Assembly: GCA_043814985.1 (NCBI GenBank)
Contig: JBDRJK010000014.1
Span: forward strand, 34,369-98,368
Direction: 5' to 3'
Origin: Candidatus Aenigmatarchaeota archaeon
Lineage (GTDB): Archaea; Aenigmatarchaeota; Aenigmatarchaeia; Aenigmatarchaeales; Aenigmatarchaeaceae
DNA length: 64,000 nucleotides
The position numbers and the translations under genes are program-made. The notes beneath the pieces were generated by a model. It worked only from the letters and a program-made list of their open reading frames with translations. It was not told the DNA's origin and made no database searches. Positions 39,174 to 47,375 of this stretch are shown here, in pieces (the first letter of the stretch is position 1; every line of letters starts with the position of its first letter).

Positions 39174-40415
39174 TCAGATATTGACAACATCCCCGTTCTT
39201 GGGAGCTATTGTGTCAAAGCCCCTACCTCTCAGCTCAGTTGCAAACCTTTCACAGTAGTCTCCGTGCAGGCACATGACCTTCTCCGGGTTTATATTGTTG
39301 ACAAACTTGAACAGGTCGGCCCTTCCCACATGAGCTGAAAAGTCCATCCTTTGTATGTTCATCTTTATCTTCAAATCAAAACCTTCTGTGACAAACCTTC
39401 CCGTGTCAACAAGGTATCTTCCGGCTGTCTTCGGTATAAGGAAGCCAGTGAATATTATGGAGCTTTCAGGACTGTTGTACAATGACTTGACATAGCCTAC
39501 AGAAGGCCCTCCTTCCAGGAGCCCTGATGTCGTTATAATCGCGCAGGGCTTCTTTGTTATGGCCCTCCTCTGCTCTGCAGATTCTATTGTCCTGACATTC
39601 TTGAAAGCCTTTCTCAAAGCCTTGGCATCTCTAATAAATTCTGGATAGCTCAGTGATATTTCAGTTGCTTTTCTTGCCATGCCATCCAGATAAACAGGAA
39701 AATCATGCTTGAAGGAATCAACAACCATCAGAACTTCTGCTGCTCTTCCAATGGCAAATGATGGAATGATAGCAACCCCCTCGTTGGCGATTGTTCCCTC
39801 AATGGCTTCGAAAAAATCCTTTTCCACCTCCTTTCTAGGTGGATGGTCCCTGTTGGAGTAGGTGCTTTCCATTATAAGCAGGTCAACATCCTTGACATCT
39901 ATCTTGGCGCCCTTGAGCAATCTTGTATCATTTGTGTTGAAGTCGGAAGTGTAAAGGATTCTCTTGCCTCCCATTTCCAATAAGCAGCAGAAGCTTCCTG
40001 GTATGTGCCCGGCATTGTAGAATTCCATTGAATAGTCATTGGTCTCAAACCTCTGGCCATATGTTATCCTGGTTTCATTCTTTTTCATCTTTGCAACGCC
40101 CACTTTGGTGAAAGGCAATTTCTTGTTCTCATATCTGGCTATTTTCATACTGTCTCTCAGGAGAAGATGTGTAAGTTCAAAGGTAGTGATTGTTGACAGC
40201 ACATTAGGCTTCATCTTCCCGAACAGCTTGGGAGCAGAACCAATATGGTCCAGGTGGCCATGATTTAATACAAGCGTATCAACTTTACTTGGGCTCAATG
40301 GAGACTCACCAGTTTCAACCTTGACCCCATAGTCAAAAAGTATGCTTTTCTTCCCTTCAATAAGGACAGCATTCTTGCCGACTTCCCTGAAGCCTCCTAG
40401 GCATCTTATCTTCAT
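39174..40415 (-). CDS. Metallo-beta-lactamase / beta-CASP ribonuclease (aCPSF-like)
   Basis: GGFREVG, HGHLDH, AGHIPGS, MESTY, FAIGR, FSAH, HGD. Confidence 0.92.
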   Translation of the reverse strand: MKIRCLGGFREVGKNAVLIEGKKSILFDYGVKVETGESPLSPSKVDTLVLNHGHLDHIGSAPKLFGKMKPNVLSTITTFELTHLLLRDSMKIARYENKKLPFTKVGVAKMKKNETRITYGQRFETNDYSMEFYNAGHIPGSFCCLLEMGGKRILYTSDFNTNDTRLLKGAKIDVKDVDLLIMESTYSNRDHPPRKEVEKDFFEAIEGTIANEGVAIIPSFAIGRAAEVLMVVDSFKHDFPVYLDGMARKATEISLSYPEFIRDAKALRKAFKNVRTIESAEQRRAITKKPCAIITTSGLLEGGPSVGYVKSLYNSPESSIIFTGFLIPKTAGRYLVDTGRFVTEGFDLKIKMNIQRMDFSAHVGRADLFKFVNNINPEKVMCLHGDYCERFATELRGRGFDTIAPKNGDVVNI

Positions 40416-40464
40416 AGTATTCCTAATTCTTTTCGTACTTTATTAAGGTTATTAAAGAATAGTG

Positions 40465-40986
40465 CTACTTGCCTTTCTTTTTTCTATATTTATATTCAGC
40501 TAACCTGCATAGTTGATGAGCGGGATTATTCTCGCTTTTTATTTCCTTGTATTTAATGTTATAGCTCCTTCTTATGTCTTGAACATCTTTTATTTTTTTC
40601 TCCAATATTTCTAATTCAGCTTCTGTAAGTCCATTATTTTCTTTGTTCAGGGACTTTGCAACATTCTTGGACCTTCCCATTAAATCAACTAATTGTCTGC
40701 AGTCAGAAGATATAGAAACACGATTGTCTCCGTTTCCATATTTTTTGCAATAAATTTTATTGCAATAATGAGGTATAGTTATTATAGCATCAAAGTTCGC
40801 CGTTGCCTCGGCCATAAAAGTAGTGTGCGGAGAAACAGTTTTTACATCATAAATCTCCTGGATTTTAACCCTGTCGTTATCCTCTACAAGAATGCCTAAT
40901 GACACTTTACTATCATTTAGCAAATGCCCGTCAACATAAAGACTGAAAGGATACTCGTATGAGGGATAATGTAAAATCGAGTTCAT
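40465..40986 (-). CDS. Hypothetical protein
   Basis: 173-aa ORF with a TTTAAA box about 25 nt upstream; no motif recognised. Confidence 0.55.
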   Translation of the reverse strand: MNSILHYPSYEYPFSLYVDGHLLNDSKVSLGILVEDNDRVKIQEIYDVKTVSPHTTFMAEATANFDAIITIPHYCNKIYCKKYGNGDNRVSISSDCRQLVDLMGRSKNVAKSLNKENNGLTEAELEILEKKIKDVQDIRRSYNIKYKEIKSENNPAHQLCRLAEYKYRKKKGK

Positions 40987-41137
40987 AATCTAAATGAAAG
41001 AACAAGCTTTAAATCCTCATCCCAAAAAACAACCTTTGTTCCAAAGGAACGAAAGTATTAAATTTGTATTTGAACAATTTTATTAAACTGTTTCTTGTAA
41101 CAGATAAGTTAATATTTTTCTCCGCTTCATTAGTTTT

Positions 41138-41914
41138 ATGGAAAAGGCAGAAATCGGGTTTATTGGTGGCACTGGTCTTTACGATTCTTCAATGCTAAAG
41201 GACTCGTCCAAGATTGAAATAGATACAGACTATGGGAAAACTTCTGATGCATTTAATATCGGAACAATGAATGGAAAGAAGATTGCATTTCTTGCAAGGC
41301 ACGGTCAAGGCCACAGAATACCTCCTCACGAGCTGAACTTCAAGGCCAACATTAATGGCTTTGAGAAACTGGGAGCAAAAAGAATTGTCGCATGTTGCGC
41401 TGTTGGCTCTCTGAAGGAAGAGTACAAGCCAGGAGACATTGTGATACCTGACCAGTTCATTGACTGGAAAAAGACAATGGCAACATTTTACAACACGGGA
41501 AATGTTAAGCATGTTTCTTTGGCTGATCCGTTCTGTTCAGAGATAAGAGAGGCGCTGATAATAACCTGCAAGGACTTGGGAATAAGATTTCATGATAGGG
41601 GAACCTATCTCTGTGTTGAGGGTCCGAGGTTCTCGACAAGGGCTGAGAGCAGGATGTTCAGGAAATTCGCAGAGATAATTGGGATGACTGGTATACCAGA
41701 AGCAATTTTGGCAAGGGAAAGGGAAATCTGTCTTGGTATATTGGCAACAGTAAGTGATTATGATGTGTGGGCAGACAAGCCTGTTACATTCGAAGAGATT
41801 AAGAAAACAATGAAAGAAAACAACGAAAAGGTAAAGCAAATAATAAAGGAAGTTGTGAAAAACATTCCTGATGAGAGAAACTGTGTTTGTAAGGATGCTT
41901 TGAAATCCGCTTAG
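41138..41914 (+). CDS. mtnP: S-methyl-5'-thioadenosine phosphorylase (MTAP/PNP family)
   Basis: IGGTG, RHGQGH, AVGSL, EGPRFSTRAES, GMT, SDYD. Confidence 0.92.
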   Translation: MEKAEIGFIGGTGLYDSSMLKDSSKIEIDTDYGKTSDAFNIGTMNGKKIAFLARHGQGHRIPPHELNFKANINGFEKLGAKRIVACCAVGSLKEEYKPGDIVIPDQFIDWKKTMATFYNTGNVKHVSLADPFCSEIREALIITCKDLGIRFHDRGTYLCVEGPRFSTRAESRMFRKFAEIIGMTGIPEAILAREREICLGILATVSDYDVWADKPVTFEEIKKTMKENNEKVKQIIKEVVKNIPDERNCVCKDALKSA

Positions 41915-41961
41915 GGCAACTGTTATATAAACAATTATATTAAAATTAAAATAGTGATTTT

Positions 41962-42990
41962 ATGAAAGCCTACAAGAATTTAGAAGAACGTGTAAATCTT
42001 GTCAAGCGTAATACTGTTGAAGTTCTCACTGACGAAGAATTGGTTGAGCTGTTAAAAACCAAAAAGCAACCAACAGTATATCACGGACGGGCAATTACTG
42101 GTCCTTTGCATATTGGACATTTGATTCCTTTGGGTAAGCTTTTTGATTTTAATAGAGCAGACATAAAAGTTAAAATTTTGTTGGCTGACATTCATGCAGC
42201 TCTTGATGATTTAAAGTCAAAATGGGAGGACCTTGACAAAAGAGCCGAATATACTCGTAAATGCATTGAGTTGTCATTTGACTGGCCAAAGAAACTTAAT
42301 TTCGTAAAAGGTTCTGACTTCCAGCTTGAAAAGAACTATGTTATGGATATTTGGAAGATTGCTACAATTGCTACAGTTGTCAGAACCACAAGGGCTGCAT
42401 CAGAGGTCACTAGGATGAAGAACCCTAAGACAAGCGAGTTGGTCTATCCAATAATGCAGGCTTTGGATGAGCAATATCTTGATGCTGACATACAGCTTGG
42501 GGGAACTGATCAGAGACATATAATGGCTTTTGCTAGGGAATACCTGCCTAAGATAGGATATAAAAAGAGGGTTGAGATTATGACTCCCTTATCTGCTTCA
42601 TTACTTGGTTCTGGGACCAAGATGAGTTCGTCCATACCTGCCAGTGTCATAAAAGTCTATGATTCTGAGGAGTCAATAAAAAAGAAAATAAACAAGTCAT
42701 ACTGTCCTGCCAAGATAGTTGAGAACAATCCTATAATCCAGATAGCTTCAATGCTGATAATTCCTATAGATGGAAAGTTATCCATAAAGAGGGACAAGAA
42801 GTTCGGTGGTGATATTGACATCACATCTTCAGAACAACTTGAAAAACTTTTTGTTAATGGAGAACTTCATCCAGCTGATTTGAAAAATGCAGTTACAACA
42901 TATCTGATAAACAAATTCAAACCAGTAAGGAATTATTTTGAAAAAAATACTGATATCTTGAAAGATTTGGGAAATGAATTCTTGCCTTAG
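41962..42990 (+). CDS. tyrS: Tyrosine--tRNA ligase (archaeal type)
   Basis: HIGH, ADIHA, YPIMQALD, GGTDQ, KMSSS, LHPADLK. Confidence 0.92.
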   Translation: MKAYKNLEERVNLVKRNTVEVLTDEELVELLKTKKQPTVYHGRAITGPLHIGHLIPLGKLFDFNRADIKVKILLADIHAALDDLKSKWEDLDKRAEYTRKCIELSFDWPKKLNFVKGSDFQLEKNYVMDIWKIATIATVVRTTRAASEVTRMKNPKTSELVYPIMQALDEQYLDADIQLGGTDQRHIMAFAREYLPKIGYKKRVEIMTPLSASLLGSGTKMSSSIPASVIKVYDSEESIKKKINKSYCPAKIVENNPIIQIASMLIIPIDGKLSIKRDKKFGGDIDITSSEQLEKLFVNGELHPADLKNAVTTYLINKFKPVRNYFEKNTDILKDLGNEFLP

Positions 42991-43014
42991 AAGTTACAAG
43001 ATGATTGTAAACAA

Positions 43015-43980
43015 TTATATCTCAATAATACGTTCTTTTATTGCCTGACCGAAATGCGTTGCAACTGGTTCTGAAACATAAGCCTTAACCGAGTCTCCAG
43101 GCTTTATTTTGGTTACTGGTATTGAGCCATCAGGAGAAACGATTCTTACAGTTTCTGCGTTCTGTGAGCATATGGTGCCTGTCTTATCTCCGTATTGTGC
43201 TTTTATGAATATCATTGGCCTCATCTCCTTTTTCAGAACCGCCGCATAGGCCTTTCTAGTCTTGCCCTCATAGTTTACAGCTAAGACATCTTCGCAGATT
43301 TGGTCCATGGACTTTAAGTCGTCCAGATATTTTGGGGAGAAGCCATTACCTGAAAATACCTGCGTATACATTCTAGCAGCTCCAGCATTCACCCTCCAAT
43401 CCCTTTTGTTGACAAAGGGGTTTTCATCAGTCTCAGCATCAGGCAAGAACATAAAATCAGTTTTGAAACCAACCAATAATCCTTCCCTCTTCTCAAAAGA
43501 TGCGATTGTGTCCACACAAACCCTCTTACCTATGTCCGCTCTTTTGGTTTCAACAACCTCAGCGTTAACCAAGTTAAGTTTAGGAGGGGATTGATAATAA
43601 GAACAGAAATCTTCTATCTTTTCTGGGTCGCTCACAACAAAACCGTCAACGCCCATTTCAAGAGCATTTGCGAGGGCCTTTGAGCCTTCTATATCATTGG
43701 TCTTGACTAAAACCTTTGTATTGCTTTTCTGTGTTAGGGCAATCAGATTTTCAGTTGGTATGGCCTCCCAATCCGTGAAGTTAGCAATTAGATAATTCAC
43801 ACCTTTCAATTTTCTTCCAACAGCCTCTATATCCTCCTGAGAACTTATTTTAACTTCCTTGTAACCTTTTGGTAAAGTTGGCAGGTTTCCTTTGCTCTGT
43901 CCTAGTATTCCAGTGGCATTATATTTTATTACATCATCTTCCAAGTCTTCTTTTCTACAATCAACCCATATTTCTTTCAT
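43015..43980 (-). CDS. aroB': 3-dehydroquinate synthase II (AroB')
   Basis: WEAIPTENLIA, LEMGVDG, RVCVDT, RVNAGA, QNAETVR, HFG..I.E.IIE. Confidence 0.9.
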   Translation of the reverse strand: MKEIWVDCRKEDLEDDVIKYNATGILGQSKGNLPTLPKGYKEVKISSQEDIEAVGRKLKGVNYLIANFTDWEAIPTENLIALTQKSNTKVLVKTNDIEGSKALANALEMGVDGFVVSDPEKIEDFCSYYQSPPKLNLVNAEVVETKRADIGKRVCVDTIASFEKREGLLVGFKTDFMFLPDAETDENPFVNKRDWRVNAGAARMYTQVFSGNGFSPKYLDDLKSMDQICEDVLAVNYEGKTRKAYAAVLKKEMRPMIFIKAQYGDKTGTICSQNAETVRIVSPDGSIPVTKIKPGDSVKAYVSEPVATHFGQAIKERIIEI

Positions 43981-44012
43981 ACAACCACTGAATGAAATTT
44001 TAAGAAAAATAA

Positions 44013-44861
44013 TTATCTCATATATTTTACTAGGGCCTTTTCAACAGTCAATCCCTCATGAACAATCCCACACATTGTTCTTACCATGGCAGTTGGATTT
44101 TCATGTTGGAATGTATTCCTTCCTATTGAGAGACCAGCACCACCGGCCTGTATTGAACCGTAGACAATATCCAAAAATTCTTTTTCTGAATCTGTTTTTG
44201 GACCGCCTGCTATCACAACTGGAACAGGACAACCTTCAGTAACTTCTCTGAATGAATCTACAGAACCAGTATAGTTGGTTTTAATTATGTTCGCACCCAA
44301 TTCAGCCCCAAGACGTGCAGCATGGCTGACAGCTTCAACAATAAATTGATAATCTTTCTTACCTTTTAATTCATATCTCTTATCTAAATCTTCCTTTAAT
44401 TTTAGCCCCCTTGGATACATCATTGCAAGTAAAGGCATTTCCCATTCATTACATATTTTTGATGTTTCACCAAGATATTTTAATTGCTGTGCCTCAGTCT
44501 CAGAGCCCATATTCACATGAACAGAAACAGCATCAGCCCCATATTTTATGGCTTCTTCCACAGTTGCTACTGGCACTTTATTATCTGGATCTGGCCCCCA
44601 TTTAGTACTTGCTGACATATGCATTATAAGCCCGATATCTTTTCCAGAGCCTTCAGAACCTCTGTAGCCAGCTTCTATAATACCTTTATGTGTTATTACA
44701 GCATTCGCCCCTCCCATTGCAGCTGCATCAATTGCTTGTGACATATTCTTGAGACCTTTTATAGGTCCTTCTGACACTCCATGATCCATAGGAACTATTA
44801 CAGTCTTTCCGCTCTTCCTATCAAATATCCTGTCCATTCTGATTTGTTTTCCAATACCCAT
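44013..44861 (-). CDS. aroA': 2-amino-3,7-dideoxy-D-threo-hept-6-ulosonate synthase (AroA', DhnA-type aldolase)
   Basis: [51 protein letters not shown]; adjacent to aroB'. Confidence 0.9.
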   Translation of the reverse strand: MGIGKQIRMDRIFDRKSGKTVIVPMDHGVSEGPIKGLKNMSQAIDAAAMGGANAVITHKGIIEAGYRGSEGSGKDIGLIMHMSASTKWGPDPDNKVPVATVEEAIKYGADAVSVHVNMGSETEAQQLKYLGETSKICNEWEMPLLAMMYPRGLKLKEDLDKRYELKGKKDYQFIVEAVSHAARLGAELGANIIKTNYTGSVDSFREVTEGCPVPVVIAGGPKTDSEKEFLDIVYGSIQAGGAGLSIGRNTFQHENPTAMVRTMCGIVHEGLTVEKALVKYMR

Positions 44862-44887
44862 AAGATTACCTATCAAACAATTGAACA

Positions 44888-44900
44888 GAAAGCTTTAAAT
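44888..44900. promoter_or_regulatory. Candidate bidirectional BRE/TATA promoter between aroA' and the leader/aspartate kinase
   Basis: GAAAGCTTTAAAT with palindromic TTTAAA (44894-44899), roughly 33 nt from both the aroA' ATG and the leader ATG. Confidence 0.55.
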
Positions 44901-44931
44901 CCCTTTTTTTCCAATTAATTTTGTTGGTTAA

Positions 44932-44985
44932 ATGAGAAGCAGACTCTACTTCAAGTATACACAGTATTTCTTTACATTTATGTAG
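44932..44985 (+). CDS. Putative Phe/Tyr-rich leader peptide MRSRLYFKYTQYFFTFM
   Basis: Manual translation: 4 Phe + 3 Tyr in 17 aa, located in the 5' leader of the aspartate kinase gene. Confidence 0.75.
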   Translation: MRSRLYFKYTQYFFTFM

Positions 44986-45028
44986 AGTCAACACTTTTCT
45001 TCTCAACTCTTCTGAAAAAAGGTGTTGA
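44933..45028 (+). promoter_or_regulatory. Alternative RNA stems, including an SD-sequestering helix
   Basis: GACTCTAC(44942-49)/GTAGAGTC(44982-89); TGAGAAG(44933-39)/CTTCTCA(44999-45005); TCAACACTTTT(44988-98)/AAAGGTGTTGA(45018-28), the last covering the AGGTG SD. Confidence 0.65.
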
Positions 45029-45031
45029 ATA

Positions 45032-46327
45032 ATGACAATAGTTCATAAATTCGGTGGCGGCATAATAAGAGACGGAAGCGGTCTTGCAGACATAGAAATG
45101 GTTACTAGAAGCTATGATGTTCCGCAACTAATTGTTGTTTCTGCCCTGAAAGGTGTTACAAATGAATTAAGAGAATATTTGGAAAGAGACGAACCCAACA
45201 TTGCCAGAAGCACTATAGTAAATTATGCCCTTACTGGAAGAGACTGGATTAAAGGCAATAATGAACGCGATTCATTTCTCAGAAAATTAAAAGATTTACA
45301 AGAAGAATTGCTAGACCCAGAGTTAAAAGTTGATGAAGTCCTATCTTTCGGAGAAAGGCTCTCCACAGAATTTTGTTATCATGCCCTAAAATCTAGGGGA
45401 ATAGATGTAGGTAAAGTCAATTATGATAGATACCATCCTCTCGATTTCTCAATCATCTGTTCTGAACATAAAGAGGATGCTGATCCAATACTTGAAAAAA
45501 CAAAAAACAATTTTGGCTTAGTAAAAGAAAAGATGGAAGAGCATGATGTAGTTGTTTTGCCAGGCTTTATTGGGGTAACTGAACTAGGTGAATTGAGAAC
45601 ATTGGGTAGGGGCGGTTCGGATACCACTGCTCTAGCTTCTGCTTATGCATTAGATGTAAATGAAGTTAATCTATGGAAAGATACAAAGGGAGTAAGAACA
45701 GCTGACCCGGGAATAGTTAAAAATACTAGATTAATACCTCACATTTCATATTCGGAAGCAAACAATATGACCAAGTCTGGGGCAAAGATAGTGCAGCACA
45801 AATCATCCAAACTTGCTGAAGAAACCGGAATCAAAATGAGAATACCTTATATTAAGGATTCAAGTATTTTCACTGTTATTAATGGTGAAAGGAGAGCAGA
45901 AGAGCCTCTGGTAAAGTATGTTGGAGGGACCGACAGTGCAAAAATGATATCATGTAGTTTTGACGAATTTCTTGAAATAAGAGAAGAATGCCAAAAGCAA
46001 AACCAACAGGACGATTTTTTTATACTTCATGGAAACTACAACAATTTAAGAGTCTTGATTTTGAATAATAAAAATAATATCCACAAAGGCAAAAAAGTTG
46101 GTGTGGCTACTTTGGTTGGTGACAGATTAAAAGAAACAAAGGGTGTATTAGAAAGAGCTTCTCACCAATTGAGGGAACAGAAAATAAATATTATTGACTA
46201 TGGTAGTGGTGGTGAGGAAGAATTGTACATGTCTTTTATATTGAAAGATACTCTTACAAAACCCTCAATAAGAGCATTACACAAGAAATTCATAGAGGAA
46301 GACACATTCTGGAAGAACAGAAATTAA
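45032..46327 (+). CDS. lysC: Aspartate kinase
   Basis: HKFGG, VVSA, GERLS, GFIG, TLGRGGSDTTA, TADP, ISYSEA, ACT-like C-terminus. Confidence 0.92.
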   Translation: MTIVHKFGGGIIRDGSGLADIEMVTRSYDVPQLIVVSALKGVTNELREYLERDEPNIARSTIVNYALTGRDWIKGNNERDSFLRKLKDLQEELLDPELKVDEVLSFGERLSTEFCYHALKSRGIDVGKVNYDRYHPLDFSIICSEHKEDADPILEKTKNNFGLVKEKMEEHDVVVLPGFIGVTELGELRTLGRGGSDTTALASAYALDVNEVNLWKDTKGVRTADPGIVKNTRLIPHISYSEANNMTKSGAKIVQHKSSKLAEETGIKMRIPYIKDSSIFTVINGERRAEEPLVKYVGGTDSAKMISCSFDEFLEIREECQKQNQQDDFFILHGNYNNLRVLILNNKNNIHKGKKVGVATLVGDRLKETKGVLERASHQLREQKINIIDYGSGGEEELYMSFILKDTLTKPSIRALHKKFIEEDTFWKNRN

Positions 46328-46332
46328 TCAAG

Positions 46333-46342
46333 CTTAAATAAT
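46333..46342 (+). promoter_or_regulatory. TATA box placing transcription start at about the leader ATG 46364
   Basis: AAGCTTAAATAA, with the same spacing as leaderless genes elsewhere in the window (e.g. 6598, 15141). Confidence 0.55.
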
Positions 46343-46363
46343 TTACTTTTCATAAAAGCTTAT

Positions 46364-46435
46364 ATGTTGGGCACACTTGAAAAACTTTCAATCAAGATTT
46401 CTCTATCTTCATCTGGCTCATGCTGTTCAGAATAA
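46364..46435 (+). CDS. Putative Ser/Cys-rich leader peptide MLGTLEKLSIKISLSSSGSCCSE
   Basis: Manual translation: 7 Ser in 23 aa (6 of the last 11) plus Cys-Cys and Gly, directly upstream of serA-like and serS. Confidence 0.72.
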   Translation: MLGTLEKLSIKISLSSSGSCCSE

Positions 46436-46458
46436 TTCCATTGGAATAATTCTTCTTT
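46430..46458 (+). terminator. Hairpin plus pyrimidine tract overlapping the leader stop (candidate attenuator)
   Basis: GAATAATTCC-ATT-GGAATAATTC (9/10 pairs) running into TTCTTCTTT. Confidence 0.45.
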
Positions 46459-46477
46459 AAATTATGAGGGGATAAAA

Positions 46478-47374
46478 ATGACAAAAATATATGTTGCTGG
46501 CGGGCTGGATGGAAACAGGATAGCAGAATCCTGTGGTGTAGACCTGGCACCAAAAATCGAGGACGCCGAGATACTGGTTACAAGGAGCAAAACAAAAGTC
46601 AACAAGGAGCTAGTAGACAAAATGCCATACTTGAAGTACGTAATAACCGCCACTCACGGCATTGACAATCTCGATACTGAATACTTAACAAGAAAAGGAA
46701 TAGAATTTCACCCTGTTCCTGCCCAATCCTATGATGTCGCGCAGGGTGTTATAGGTTATATTTTAGCTCATGCCACAAACCTTGTAGAAGGAGACAGGTC
46801 AATGAAACGCGGTGAGTGGAAAAAGAAAGAATTCTTTGGTCACAGAATAAATGAGAAGACCTTGGGAATAATCGGTTGTGGGAAGATAGGTAGAAATATT
46901 AAGAAAATGGCTTCTGCTCTAGGTATGGATGTTGTTACTTTTGATGCGTGTGTTGAGACTGAGGAATCAGTGTCTTTTGAAGAACTCTTAAGAAAGTCAG
47001 ACTATGTGACTGTCAATGTTCCTCGAACCAAAGACACTATAAATTTGATAGGAAAGGAAGAGATTGAAATAATGAAAGAGGGGGCCTACATAATAAACAC
47101 AGCAAGGGGTGGAATAGTTGATGAGAAAGCCCTTCTTGAGGCAATAGATAGTGAGAAACTGTCTGGTGCTGCCTTGGATGTTTTTAAAAATAACTCTGAA
47201 AATAATCTACCATTTGGAGACAACAGTTCTGGAAGGCTAATAGCTCATGAAAAGGTAATAGCTACGCCGCATAGCATTGGTCAAAGCCAAGAGGCTGTTG
47301 ACGACAAGCATGAAGGAGTAATAAGAATCATTAAGAATTATATAAGTAATAATAACAAAATAGAAAGTGAGTAA
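46478..47374 (+). CDS. serA: D-3-phosphoglycerate dehydrogenase-like (D-2-hydroxyacid dehydrogenase, no ACT domain)
   Basis: TRSKT, GIDNLD, GCGKIG, INTARG, ALDVF, TPH; the serA call relies on serS adjacency. Confidence 0.75.
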   Translation: MTKIYVAGGLDGNRIAESCGVDLAPKIEDAEILVTRSKTKVNKELVDKMPYLKYVITATHGIDNLDTEYLTRKGIEFHPVPAQSYDVAQGVIGYILAHATNLVEGDRSMKRGEWKKKEFFGHRINEKTLGIIGCGKIGRNIKKMASALGMDVVTFDACVETEESVSFEELLRKSDYVTVNVPRTKDTINLIGKEEIEIMKEGAYIINTARGGIVDEKALLEAIDSEKLSGAALDVFKNNSENNLPFGDNSSGRLIAHEKVIATPHSIGQSQEAVDDKHEGVIRIIKNYISNNNKIESE

Positions 47375-47375
47375 A

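Larger units (their letters stand above)
32164..39252. mobile_element. Inserted ~7 kb surface-protein cassette bounded by duplicated nuclease-gene 3' ends; no integrase seen
   Basis: Identical 19-mer CTCAGTTGCAAACCTTTCA at 32145-32163 and 39234-39252; the interior looks GC-richer than the flanks. Confidence 0.65.

Noticed and set aside
40995..41087. 30-codon uORF and small hairpin (about 41033-41055) upstream of mtnP
   Set aside because: No informative amino-acid bias, and it overlaps the divergent gene's promoter; likely chance.
44900..45031. Lysine riboswitch upstream of aspartate kinase
   Set aside because: The leader is too short and lacks recognisable L-box motifs; the uORF and stems explain it better.
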